NCBI RefSeq assembly: GCF_002113885.1
Contig: NW_018408904.1
Coordinates: forward strand, 498,034 to 562,033
From: Mizuhopecten yessoensis
Taxonomy: Eukaryota
Reading direction: 5' to 3'
Length of the DNA: 64,000 nt
Shown here: piece by piece, positions 40,301-52,545 of the stretch
Numbering within the stretch: the stretch's first letter is position 1
How the letters are laid out: every line of letters begins with the position of its first letter
Position numbers and translations under genes: made by a program
Notes under the pieces: generated by a model
Databases searched by the model: none
What the model was told of the DNA's origin: nothing
The model's input: only the letters and a program-made list of their open reading frames with translations

Positions 40301-43300
40301 GACTTAATCTTTCAATGATGTTTATTTTTAACTAAAATTAATTTAACGTTTTGTTTAGAGTTTTATGTTGGTTAAGCCATGCTATCAAATGACCCGGTTT
40401 ATTGATGGTAGAGGCATGCAAACTCGGCCAAACTGTGTGTGTGTACTCCATACATGCAGTAACAATGATTACTGTACTTCAGCCATACGACAGCGAGTCA
40501 GATTGGATTGTATTGATCACATGATGGGGAAAACATTATGTTTCTTTCTCAAGCTCAATTTTTCCACAAATCAGCAGGCAGTACTACACCCCAGTGCACA
40601 GAGACTAAATCATGGACAACATCGATAAAGCTTGATACTCCACTGTTGTTCTATTTTGGTAAATTAAAAAAAAGATGCACTTGACATAGAAAAACAATAC
40701 TCTTTGTTCTTTGTTTCCCAGAGATTTGTCATGTTTAAAAGGACAGAAAATGTCTTACTGAAAGGCTTTTTATTTGACAGTACATCTTTGTAACTGTGAC
40801 AAAAAAGGCCTGTATTATTTCTAGTTTTGTTATCATAACTAAAACAGAAGCAGACTTAACAAAAGGAAGCACATTGTAGCAATAACCAGACCTCAATGTT
40901 AACAAAACATCTGCACTTGTCCCCTATCATTATCAACCCACTCTTCAGATGTGTGTAAACATTACCCCATTACCTACATATATACTGCTGATGCTTACCC
41001 CTAATATATCACAATTACAGACAGACAACATAGTCTGTAATTTATCTACAGGTGCTGACAATGTCTGCACTCTTACTAACACACTGTTACCACATGCGGT
41101 CGTACAGTGTGCAGTTTCTGTCCTAAAACTATTACTGTTGACTGATAGAGCCTGTACTAGGTACACAGCCCTGGCACACACACATAGAGTCCCACATGTC
41201 TATGTGCCTCTTGTTGTACACATTCACCTAGATATGTGACCTCAGAGGGATAGTAAACAGCCTGCTTACCTCATGGCTACACACAGACAGTAAACACCTA
41301 GACTTTCAGGTCATGTTCAACAGAAAGGAAAAAAGAAATACAAAATCTTCCAAACAATTTTATTTATACAGGTACATTGTAAAAGAGAGTATTTTTTCAC
41401 ATGATGGGCAGATATGTGCTCAGGCTGTATCTGGACAGTTAGCATAAAATGTTATATGGTCTGGTCAACATAAACATTTTTTTTCGCTTTGTAGGCAAAG
41501 CCATTCCCCCAGAAACAATAGATTCTGACATTAGACATCACACACAATTATTTTAATGATAAATTCTATCATTTAAATGTCACACTGAAATTCACAGCAA
41601 TGAAAGATACTGATATTTACCCAGTACACAGGAATCCTAGAGTAATACTAACTTGTATTCATTTATCATAATCTGGGATTCTTTGTGACTAGTCAATGCA
41701 AAAATATTTTGAGTTCAGTTGCCAGTCATTCGTTTTGTATATTAATTATTTTTGTATATTAATTATTTTTGTAAGAAAAACATGCTTTAATTCAATAATA
41801 TTATCTGGGCAGGTGATTTTTGAATGCAGACAAGTACATTCAAGAAGGTTACTTGCCTGGCAGACAAGTACCTAAAATCCCCACCCACCCTCTTACATAT
41901 TGAACAACCATTTTTTCCTGGAAAGAATATAATCACTAAATGTAGAAATGTTGCTTTAACAACATATAACTAGTATCAAATTATTTGCAAATTATGCAAA
42001 CTTCCATATAGATTTGGATCTCAACTTATTACAAAACTTCAAATAGAAATTCACACACAGGATCTTGTGAACCGATAAAAAGCCTTAAGAAACATTATGA
42101 TGTAACTAGCACTGTGACATTCAAAAAGACTTATAAATCACAGCTGTCATACGAGGCAAATTATGTTATACAGACTAAATCTTAATGATTAGCATATTTT
42201 TCACTATTAACTCTGACACAGTTTATAAAGCTACAGTCGAGCTAGCCTATAAAAAGCCAGTCTAGCACAGAAGTGCTCAGCTCTTGTTCAATTAATGTTA
42301 CCTCGCTAAACAGACTTCCTCCCCTGACTGAGCAGGAGATGCTATCAGAGACACACACACAGGGACGCCAGGGCCCTACCACCGTGTCAGACACCCACAC
42401 AGGGACACCAGGGCCCTACCACCGTGTCAGACACACACCCAGGGATGCCAGGGCCCTACTATCGAGTCAGACACACACACAGGCACGCCAGGCCCCTACT
42501 ACCGTGTCAGACAAACACACAGGGACGCCAGTGCCCTACTATCGTGTCACACACACACACAGGGACGGCAGGGCCCTACTATCGGGTAAGACACACACAC
42601 AGGGACACCTGGGCCCTACTATCGTGTAAGACACACACACAGGGATGCCAGGGCCCTACGATCGTGTCAGACACACACTCAGGGGCGCCAGGGCCCTACT
42701 ATAGTGTCAGACACACACACAAGGATCCCAGGGCCCTACCATCGGGTCAGACACACACAGGGATGCCAGCGCCCTACTATCGTGTCAATCACACACACAG
42801 GGACGCCGGGGCCCTACTATCGTGTCAACTAGCCTATAAAAAGCCAGTCTAGCACAGAAGTGCTCAGCTCTTGTTCAATTAATGTTACCTCGTTAAACAG
42901 ACTTCCTCCCCTGACTGAGCGGGAGATGCTATCAGAGACACACACCCAGGGATGCCAGGGCCCTACTATTGTGTCAGACACACACAGGGACGCCGGGGCC
43001 CTACCATCGTGTCGGACACACACACAGGCACGCCAGGCCCCTACTATCGTGTCAATCACACACACAGGGACGCCCGGGCCCTACTACCGTGTCAGATACA
43101 CACACAGGGACGCCGGGGCCCTACCATCGTGTCAGACACACATACAGGGACGCGAGGGCCCTACCATCGTGTCATACACACACACAGGGCCGCCAGGGCC
43201 CTACTATGGTGTCAGACACACACACACGGACACCAGGGCCCTACCACCGTGTCAGACACCCACACAGGGACGCCAGGGACCTACTATCGTGTCAGACACC

Positions 43301-46300
43301 CACACAGGGACGCCAGGGACCTACTATCGTGTCAGACCCACACACAGGGACGCCAGTGCCCTACTATCGTGGCAGACACACATACAGGGACGCGAGGGCC
43401 CTACTATCGTGACAGACACACACAGGGACGCCCGGGCCCTACTATCGTGTCAACTAGCCTATAAAAAGCCAGTCTAGCACAGAAGTGCTCAGCTCTTGTT
43501 CAATTAATGTTACCTCGCTAAACAGACTTCCTCCCCTGACTGAGCAGGAGATGCTATCAGAGACACACACCCAGGGATGCCAGGGCCCTACGATCGTGTC
43601 AGACACACACACAGGCACGCCAGGCCCCTACTATCGTGTCAACTAGCCTATAAAAAGCCAGTCTAGCACAGAAGTGCTCAGCTCTTGTTCAATTAATGGT
43701 ACCTCGCTAAACAGACTTCCTCCCCTGACTGAGCAGGAGATGCTATCAGAGACACACCCACAGGGACGCCAGGGCCGTACTATCGTGTCAGACACCCACA
43801 CAGGGACACCAGGGCCCTGCTATCGTGTCAGACACACCCACAGGGACGCCAGGGCCCTACTCCCGTGTCAGACACACACCCAGGGATGCCAGGGCCCTAC
43901 TATAGTGTCAGACACACACACAAGGATCCCAGGGCCCTACCATCGTGTCATACACACACACAGGGACACCAGGGCCCTACCATCGTTTCAAACACACACA
44001 CAGGGACATCAGGGCCCTACCATCGTGTCAAACACACACACAGGGACACCAGGACCCTACTATCGGGTCAGACACAAACACAGGGACGCCAGGGCGCTAC
44101 TATCGTGTCAGACTCACACACAGGGACGCCAGTGCCCTACTATCGTGGCAGACACACATACAGGGACGCGAGGGCCCTACTATCGTGTCACACACACACA
44201 CAGGGACGACAGGGCCCTACTATCGTGTCAATATTTAGGTTAATAATCCTTCACATTTTCACAAATAACCATCCCAACAGCTGAGGATTGATCATACATG
44301 ATCATAAATTCTTTACAACATATTGCAGATATGAAGTCATCTATTGGATAAACAGGCATGCTATGAGGAGAATATATTACTGTATTACCCGTTTGTATTA
44401 AAAAAAACAAGGAACAGTCAGTCAGCATTAAAAACATAACATTTTGCCTGTTTATTACCTTGTTTACTAGTAAATAGAAATTTTGATGACTTTGGTTGGT
44501 AAGTTGGTAATTAAACCTAAGCCTCATGCACACACTATTTTGTTATACGACATGACTTAGTGATCACTTTTAACGTGGCCTGCATCTGTGCACCATGTAC
44601 ACGTATGTACATTAGGCCATACTTAGATGATAGTGCTCACCTATTGAAAATGATCCGTGTCAAACCGTTACTTAATGACATCACTAATTCTGACAATACT
44701 TTATAAACTAAAACGTAGTTAATTACCTCTCAGTACATCATTTGTATCATTAATTCTGACAAGTCAATTACTATATAAACTTAAATAACGTAACATAATT
44801 TGCTATCAGAATTCTACTCCTTTTCTTTTGTACTAGGCAAATAAACTTCAAACAAATGCATTCTTGCATTCTGTTCAAATATTAAATCAATTTTTATCAT
44901 CACTAAAAAACAACTACACAAAACAAAGAAAATATTACATCAGTTTGGTATTGGACAATTCCAGATACATTTTGTATGCTTACAAGAATAAATACACAGA
45001 TTTTTTATGCTTACAAGAATAAATACACAGATTTTTATTAAGTAAGTATTTATAACTTATAATTCATAATTTGTATCTAATAACTAAATTGGTACCACTT
45101 CTTCTATAGTTCTGTCAGTGTTTAAAGATGTACTTCCTCATTTTATTTCAATTTACCTTAAAGGTAGAAATAAATCCCGCTATTTTTCTACTTAAAAGAC
45201 CTTGAAAATTTATATTCGTGTTGAATGTATGTTATTTCGTCTATATGTATTTTTTTTAATACAAAGACAGTCTATCACTGTTGACAAGGTAGCTCTTAAA
45301 GTTAGAGTGACAGTACTGGTATATTGATTGGAGATTCAGTAGTGATGGGCAATTGGTTTAAAATCATAATCGATAATCAGTTTGTAATCGGAAGTAGTAA
45401 ACCGATTGATGATCTATTGCATAATCAGTTCATAATTTTATGGGACTGAATACCCAAATTAAGTGACAACACTGCTACCTATAGACAGAGTTGTAACTAT
45501 ACTACACTAGGCTTCGTTCTTTTGTAATGAATGAATTTCATTTCAATACATTTTTTACATTGAAAACATTAACACTTTGACTACAAGTTCAATGAAGAAC
45601 CAATTATATCAATAATAGAATTTGTAATCGATAATCGGAATGGTCAAACCAATTGATTTTCGATTTGATCGATCATCAGCCCATCACTAAGGTGATCGAT
45701 CATCAGCCCATCACTGAGGTGATCTGTCATCAGCCCATCACTAAGGTGATCGAACATCAGCCCATCCCTAAGGTGATCGATCATCAGCCCTTCACTAAGG
45801 TGATCGATCCTCAGCCCATCCCTAAGGTGATCGATCATCAGCCCATCTCTACGGTGATCAATCATCAGCCCATCACTAAGGGGATCGATCATCAGCCCAT
45901 CACGAAGGTGATCGATCATCAGCCCATCTCTACGGTGATCGATCATCAGCCCATCTCTACGGTGATCGATCATCAGCCCATCACGAAGGTGATCGATCAT
46001 CAGCCCAGCACTAAGGTGATCGATCATCAGCCCAGCACTAAGGTGATCGATCATCAGACCATCACTAAGGTGATCGATCTTCAACCTATCACTAAGGTGA
46101 TCGATCTTCAGCCCATCACTAAGGTGTTCTATCATCAGCCCATCACTAAGGAGATCGATCATCAGCCCATCACGAAGGTGATCGATCATCAGCCCATCTC
46201 TACGGTGATCGATCATCAGCCCATCTCTACGGTGATCGATCATCAGCCCATCGCTAAGGGGATCGATCATCAGCCCATCACCAAGGTGATCGATCATCAG

Positions 46301-48663
46301 CCCATCGCTAAGGTGATCGATCATCAGCCCATCTCTACGGTGATCGATCATCAGCCCATCTCTACGGTGATCGATCATCAGCCCATCGCTAAGGTGATCG
46401 ATCATCAGCCCATCTCTACGGTGATCGATCATCAGCCCATCTCTACGGTGATCAATCATCAGCCCATCACTAAGGTGATCTATCATCAGCCCATCGCTAA
46501 GGTGATCGATCATCAGCCCATCACTAAGGTTCAGGGTTCGAATCCTGTCTTGACAACATTCAGAACACTATTGATTTTATTAAGTTAATTTCATCTTTAT
46601 TATTTGTTTTTGTTTTCAGAAATGACTTCCAAAACTGTAATAAAGCCAGGAAAAAAGGTCTCAGTGAATATTGATCATTTTTGGCAGAGGTACAGGGATC
46701 CTTAAGGTAATAGGATTGTGTCGCCATTTCTCAGTAGAATTTCTTCAAATTTTGTAGTTATATTGCTTTGAAGTAAAGAAAATTTTCTGCCACAAAAAAA
46801 TATAGGTTGTCATAATTTTAAGGAATTTAAATGGAAATTTATGTAAAAAGGAGTGACTTTTGAAAAAAAAATGAAAGACACAATTTTTTGCAAAATAATA
46901 TCTATAAAAATGATACTTCCATAGATTATTATTGCATTAATGTATATCAATTTAATAAATGCTGAAATTATGTCAAATAGATTATCTATAAACGATTAAA
47001 AATTGACATTTTATAATAAAACCATATGCACATTGTAATTGCAGGTAAGAATTATCTTTCTTGAAAAACTTCACAGAAGTGAAATAGGTAGCCGGTTCAT
47101 GTGGCTCATTGATTAAAAAAAAAATGAATTAATGCCTGCATTGCTTTGAAAAACTTTAATATTGAGAGAAACACTGTTCTGTCAATAATAAACATACAAT
47201 ATTCATCAGTTTAATATTAAACATTAGAATATGCGGAAATTGTGATACTGTCTCCCTACATTGGAAATTCGACTAGGGATGTACTTCCTACTTCCGTTTA
47301 TCAATACACACCTATGACCTTTAGATAATTTGTGCTGTTGTTGACATTTTTCCTGGATTTCCATCAATACTGAACAAAATGCAAATTATATTCAGAAAAG
47401 TTAACAACATTTCCCTGTTAGGAATGGAAACTTATTGATAATTAATTTTAGCGAAATCTGAAAAATGTTATGTAGAAATGTTACTTTAACCGAAATCAAG
47501 AAAGAATGGGGTCAGACTTCACTGACCAAGATTAGGATCAGGTCAGGCCATCCACAGTACCAGCAGATTGTTTACACCTGAGAGGTCAGTGACCCTTAAC
47601 TGTTATTACCAGTATAGGTCAATCACAAGTAGGGACATCAAGTACCTTCCTCAACACACCAGACAATTATGAATCCTTTAGGTAAAGACTACATTACCAT
47701 GTTTTTCATCAAAAGCACATTGACATATTTTGTAATGCTAACAGCTGACAACACATAAATAGCTATAAAGATTTGGTCAATTACATAATATTGCTTGATA
47801 TTTTAGAATTATTGTTTTAAATAAATGCTTTAAAAGCATATCATACAGCAGGTTTCCAGACTTTGATGCTTGTTTGAAATAGGGTACAGCAGCCACATTC
47901 ATTAAGCAAATGTAATTTTTGGGCAGCTTCAACATTTAACTTACCAATAGGGATTAGAGTTATAATACATGTACATAACTATTAAATTAAATGCAATACC
48001 AGGTACTTACAGTCGGTAACACTTTCTCATTGCTCCTCTGTTGAATGACTGAAAACAAGACACAACTCATAAATTTATCAAAATTTTAACAAGAAAAAAT
48101 CACTGTACATCAATATAATAGCCATACTACAATTAAATGCCAATTGTCAATTCCATACTTAATCATTATTTTTTTCTCATATTTGCCCAATAAATGTATC
48201 TGAAACCTTAAACACATAGCTTTAAGCTTACCTTGGATTCAATCTTGACCTTAACCTCATCTGTTAACCATGTCTTTTTATGTGGGTTATAGCGATGTCT
48301 GATACAAACTTCGGAATCAATATCCTCAATATGAAAGGCTTTCCATGGATCATTTAATAATTTTGCCTTTCTAATAGCCAAAGCCCAATTAAACTTTGCT
48401 CGTGCATGTGCAGTGGTCATTTTTAATTTCATAGCAGTTGAGTTTGATTGAGCAGTGTTAAGTGATGCCAGAGCAACAGATTTGCTTAGTCTTCTTTGCC
48501 TCAGTGTCATTGGTGGTGGCATAGCAGGTTCTTCACTATCACTTTCCTCTGTATCCTCACGCTCATCTGACGCATCATTGCTGGAGTCGTTGCTTTCTTT
48601 AGGATAGAGCTGCATGTCCCAATCATCATCACTGTCATATTTTTCTGTATTTGTGTCCGACAT
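22794..48663 (-). CDS. EEF2K: Eukaryotic elongation factor 2 kinase (alpha-kinase plus C-terminal SEL1-like helical region), 11 coding exons
   Basis: Exons in transcript order: 48232-48663, 48011-48048, 35623-35794, 34928-35074, 29588-29848, 28663-28932, 26817-26936, 25657-25857, 24057-24181, 23254-23432, 22794-22909; GT-AG with consistent phases. Motifs: FNWALAIRKAK (CaM-binding-like), DPW, RGAMRKCYR, NYVAKHY, LQMDAKVWAEEYNRHRPPKKVDI, YVKYNSNSGF, QALSHFTFERSGH, VDIQGVGDLYTDPQIH, GDGNLG, HICNDIC, and C-terminal MKGRLANKYFALAEEAYGEVEEEE*. Confidence 0.96.
24243..25417 (-). mobile_element. HINE-like element with ~120-bp internal repeats and a (GACA)n microsatellite
   Basis: Repeats of AAATTTGACCTTGACCTTTGA...GTCAGTTGACTCC; (GACA)n at ~25310-25373; terminal hairpin TAGGGC-A-CCCGTATC TCT GATACGGG-GCCCTA. 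Confidence 0.7.
27006..27478 (+). mobile_element. tRNA-derived SINE with L2-like 3' end and (TTA)n tail
   Basis: Box A TGGTCAAGTGG, box B GGTTCAATCCC, 3' TGTAAAGCGCTTT...GGCGCTATATCAAATG, (TTA)n tail; TSD TACTTAG on both sides. Confidence 0.8.
28259..28485. repeat. ~49-53-bp tandem repeat, ~4-5 copies
   Basis: CTTATTTTGTACCAGCATGCATTCTGAATGCTTTAC repeated. Confidence 0.85.
29130..29480 (+). mobile_element. tRNA-derived SINE (degenerate) with (TTA)n tail
   Basis: Box A TAGCCTAGTGG, box B GGTTCGAGTC, central AGACACTTTAC...GCTGTAAATGAGTA, 3' TGTGAAGCGCTTTGAGA and TTATTATTATTA. Confidence 0.75.
30358..34975 (-). repeat. 70-bp tandem array (66 units, 4.6 kb) made of the eEF2K exon-4 3' end plus 5' splice site
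   Basis: Sense unit AACTCCAACTCTGGGTTTGTGGATGACTCCCTGCGTTACACTCCACAG|GTAGGTTGATGTGTGATAAAGA: 48 exonic nt (NSNSGFVDDSLRYTPQ) plus 22 intronic nt. True donor at 34926-34927, last copy at 30376-30377 (65 x 70 bp apart). Confidence 0.97.
35888..36267 (+). mobile_element. TRIM (miniature LTR element) with tRNA-like sequence in both LTRs (Helenus-like)
   Basis: LTR1 35888-36013 (TGTAA...CTCCTGTTACA) and LTR2 36138-36267 (CGTAAC...CTCCTGTTAAA). Both carry box A-like (T(A/G)GCTCAATTGG) and box B-like (TTTGAA(G/T)CCC) motifs. The ~124-bp internal part ends in a PPT, AGAGGGAGGAA. Confidence 0.7.
42242..44231. repeat. Composite higher-order repeat: 4 x (~105-bp head followed by a run of ~40-bp units)
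   Basis: Heads CTAGCCTATAAAAAGCCAG...GGAGATGCTATCAGA at 42242, 42829, 43454 and 43643, each followed by about 12, 13, 2 and 12 copies of GACACACACACAGGGACGCCAGGGCCCTACTATCGTGTCA. Confidence 0.93.
45340..46526. mobile_element. hAT-like MITE with an amplified right terminus
   Basis: TIR TAGTGATGGGC (45340) and GCCCATCACTA (first copy ends 45689, last ends 46526). 8-bp flanks AGATTCAG (45332-45339) and AGGTTCAG (46527-46534) match at 7/8, consistent with a hAT TSD. Confidence 0.75.
45666..46530. repeat. 27-bp minisatellite, 32 copies
   Basis: Unit TGATCGATCATCAGCCCATCACTAAGG, containing the palindrome TGATCGATCA; explains the ORFs 45644..46513 and 45653..46588. Confidence 0.97.
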
Positions 48664-49439
48664 CTTGATATAAAGTTAGCTTTGTTTACTTATTAACTTC
48701 AATGAAACTAATTGTTCAAATCTGATTAATTGTCCTCGGTCTTCAGTCACAATGTAGTTATTCACGTGGTTTAATGCACTGATCGTTGTTCCAGTGACGG
48801 TCTCCACTTCTCAACAGAATAGTTGATTGTCACAGGGAATACCCCAAAGCAATCTGAATTTATGCATCTTTAAATTGTTGCTGGTTTTCAACCTGCAAAT
48901 AGAAATGCAAACCTCTACAACATGATCTGGTGTTATGAACAAGATCAAATAAGAAAGAGAAATGCTATTAAACAAGAGAATATCTAGGTTAATGCGATTC
49001 TACGTCAAATCACATACATCAACTGAAAAATAAAGACACAGTACAGTCATGCTTCTGGTGTGATGGCAGACAGTATAACATCCAACAAAACTCAGTAGCT
49101 TTTTTTTTTTTTTTAGTACTTACCACAGAATTGTGAAGCCTCTAATACTTACGTTCAGTTTCAGCTGAATAACCAAACCGGTTAACTTATGTACTTCTAT
49201 TCGACAGGTTTCAACAATCTACATCTACAAGTAATTATACTGTCCTCATCTAGCTCATCATGACCTAATCTTAATTTTCAGATTTCTGTCTACCATATCT
49301 ATACCAAGACAGATCCCACATGTGGTACAGGAAACACAAAGGAGTGACACCCAACTTCAAATCCAGCTGATGATTTCATGAAAATGATGTTCTTGTATCA
49401 CCCACAAGGTAGCATGTACAGAGCCTTCGAATACGGTGA

Positions 49440-49685
49440 CATTTATTCCAGGGGTGCATACAGAAGGTATAAGAGCGTAACATATTCCAGGGGTGCATAC
49501 AGAAGGTATAAGAGCGTATCATATTCCAGGGTAGTACTAATATTAATACCTGGCCTCCTCTGCTCTGACGACGCAAAATATATAAAAATATGAGAGCGTA
49601 ACATATTCCAGGGGTGTTGAGAACGTAACATATTCCAGAGGTGCAGAGCCGTATGACTATGCGAGCGTATAAACCTCTGGAATAT
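49440..49685. repeat. Short degenerate repeat (CATATTCCAGGGGTG core)
   Basis: (AGAGCGTAA)CATATTCCAG(G/A)GG recurs about five times, with an inverted CCTCTGGAATATG copy near 49674. Confidence 0.65.
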
Positions 49686-50203
49686 GGAGGATGAAGTAAA
49701 GGAAGTGATTGCAAACTGTCGAACAGTCTACATTTAAGTAAAGACTAAACATGAAGTTGATAAACATTGTGACACGAATATTGGTTTTTAATTTTGCTCT
49801 TGTACATTTATTCAGAAATATCCACATTAGTGGCCTAAAACTTGACACCCAACACCACAGTACCATGGAGTATTGTCGGCTTCTTCCTGCAGTAAACAGG
49901 ACAGTTGACAGTTCACCTCCAGATGCTACATCGTAGAATTATTGGTGACAGGTTATGAAGTGTAAAGGATACAAAAATATGAATAGCGTTATTCGCATCA
50001 GCACCATTGCCATTGGGACCAAATAGTCTTGTTGATATTGGATGGAAGTTGTATTCATTCGAAACCCTGTGGTGGGACAGAGTCCGACAATAAAACATGA
50101 TGCAAACTTTTTAAAAAACATGTGCCATATTAGGCAAGTAATAAATTAAACTCTTCAAAACGAAAGAACATTGTATTTATGTAAGATTTAGGCAAGCTCT
50201 TAC

Positions 50204-50330
50204 CTGATGTTTACAACTGCCAGTCGCTAGTTCGGCTGTCGGCCTGTGACCTCGTGAGACAACGTTGTTTTCTTGCTGCAAAAAGAGCCTTGACTCCGCA
50301 AGTATCATGAGGTCACGTAAGTTGTTTACT
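50204..50330 (-). promoter_or_regulatory. Probable non-coding first exon and promoter of eEF2K
   Basis: Minus-strand CAG|GTAAGA donor at 50202-50203 in a locally CpG-richer stretch; candidate acceptor for the ATG-containing exon at 48893-48894. The TSS cannot be determined from sequence. Confidence 0.45.
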
Positions 50331-50572
50331 ACAGTGTATTTGGTATGAAAATAGCAGATGCATTCCGACAATTCTATTCCGAATGAGAAATTAAATATAA
50401 TTTTGATATTTCCAATCCAAAAACATATCAAGAGGTCTTTTATAATTACATTTTTTTAGGATATTATATGAATAAACAAAATCTAAAATTTAACATATCC
50501 ACAAATACGACGAACATAATAAAATACTATTTAAGAAATAAAGAGCCTATATACATCGGTATTTGAATGTGA

Positions 50573-50653
50573 GGTAGCGTGGCCGAGTGGTCTAAGGCGC
50601 TGGTTTTAGGCACCAGTCTCATTGAGGCGTGGGTTCGAATCCCACCGCTGCCA
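50573..50653 (+). tRNA. tRNA-Leu(UAG)
   Basis: GGTAGCG/CGCTGCC acceptor stem plus discriminator A; D-arm TGGCCGAGTGGTCTAAGGC; anticodon stem CTGGT/ACCAG with loop TT-TAG-GC; long variable arm; T-arm GTGGGTTCGAATCCCAC; oligo-T terminator near 50660. Confidence 0.95.
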
Positions 50654-51782
50654 CTGATATTTTTTCCATGTTGCAATCGCTTGCTTTATAAGCAATTTAC
50701 AGCGTGAAATTGTCTATTTGTTGACATTTTATAGATAGAACTAGCAATGTTGGATTGCCTTCACACAAGCAACTTATTAATCATCAAAACTTGCTAGTCA
50801 AGTTTTTACAGATTCCAAATTTGACAAGATTCTCATTTATGCAACTTGCAATTTTCTTGGGAAACAAATTATTTAATTACGTTTTGATTCTCACTATGTT
50901 CTTCACCCCAATGGACATGATTTCCCCTAAATATAGACTTTAATTTATTTTTATGATATAAATCACTGAAAAAATAATCTATGGAGATTTGAGATTTAAT
51001 GACCTCAATGGAGATTTGAGGTTTAATGCTTGAAAACTTAGGTGAATAGATATGCTTGGGAATATCTATATAAAGCAACTTCATATATATTTTTATAATC
51101 AGAACTCAGATTGAGCCATAATCCTAGCTTGGCAGTTGATGCAGAAATTATTCATTTTTGTTGAAACAATTTTGGAGAGGGACAAATACTGAGATGAGAC
51201 GGAGAATCTCAACTAACCCTCACTCATTACAAGCTAAAGTCCTGCAATGGGCAGAGCTTTTGATATCTTATCCCTTAGTTTACCCAGGTAATATTTTTCT
51301 TTATAACCTTCAGTTAGGAACATCCCAGTGCCACTAGTTAAATATTTTAGCTATGTACTACACTACACTCCAGGGAAAGGCTCTGCTCACCAAAGTAACG
51401 CATGAATGTGTTGATCAATTTGGCATAGGAAGCAGTATTTTAAGGGCTGTATAATTTCTCATGTGTTGATTGAAACAGCAAAAAAAGATGAATTTTAATT
51501 GATGTAGACAGTATACAAACTTAAACAATTTGCATACCTATTCCTGACAAATAGCAGGCTTTCCTTTATAAGGCTATGGTCATCAGTTTAATGATTACTG
51601 GTTACCAAGCTCTCCTGTTTCAATTTAAGGTCACTGCATGATCAGCTCTCCTTTGTATCATGCAGTCACTGATGAACCCTTATATTTACTCAGCATCATC
51701 ACTGGTCAGCTTTCCCTCTATGGGCATCACCAATATATGTAACATATAATAACAGTAAGTATATGGGTATACTTACTAAGCA

Positions 51783-52545
51783 GTCAGTGGTGACCTGTCT
51801 TTTTCAATAAGTAGTCACTGGTGACCTCTCTTTATCAATAAGTAGTCACTGGTGACCTCTCTTTATCAATAAGTAGTCACTGGTGAGTTTTCCTTTATCA
51901 CTTGTCATTCGTGATCTCAACTTCAATAGTAAGTAGTCAATGGTTAGCTCCTTTTTCTATTAGTAAGTGGTCAATCAATGGCTAGCTGACCTTTATTTGT
52001 TAAGCAGGTCACTAGTGAGCTCTCCTTTATTGGGCGGGTTTCATTGGTAAGCTTTTCTTTGTCAATCATCACTGGTGAGCTCTCCTTTATCAGTTAGTTG
52101 TCACTGGTGAGCTCCTCTTTATCAGTTGTCACAAGCAAGCTCTCCTTTATCAGTTAGTTGTCACTGGTGAGCTCCTCTTTATCAGTTGTCACAAGCGAGG
52201 TCTCCTTTATCAGTTAGTTGTCACTAGTGAGCTCCCCTTTATTAGTTCTAACTAGTGAGCTCTCCTTTATCAGTTAGTTGTCACTGGTGAGTTCTCCTTT
52301 ATCAATTAGTTGTCACTGGTGAGCTCCCCTTTATCAGTTGTCACAAGCAAGCTCTTCTTTATCAGATCTCACTAGTGAATTCTTCTTTATCAGTTAGTTG
52401 TCACTATTGAGCTCCTCTATCATTCTACACTCACTTTTATCAGCAGTCACTGGTGAGCTCTTCTTAATCAGTTAAAGCTGTAATTTTTGTACTCTCTATC
52501 AGTCTATGGTCTCTGTTGAGCTCTCCTTTATCAGCCTATAGTCAC
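51783..52545. repeat. Degenerate ~28-32-bp tandem repeat
   Basis: TCACTGGTGAGCTCTCCTTTATCAGTTAGTTG and variants. Confidence 0.85.

Noticed and set aside
42242-44243. Collagen-like or His/Thr-rich proteins (GTPGPYYRV repeats), or a CRISPR leader plus array
   Set aside because: The ORFs overlap in several frames and arise from the 40-bp repeat; there is no sustained Gly-X-Y pattern and no unique spacers.
45644-46588. 289-aa and 311-aa repeat proteins on opposite strands
   Set aside because: The 27-bp unit is a multiple of 3 without stops in those frames; the sequence is explained as an amplified MITE terminus within an eEF2K intron.
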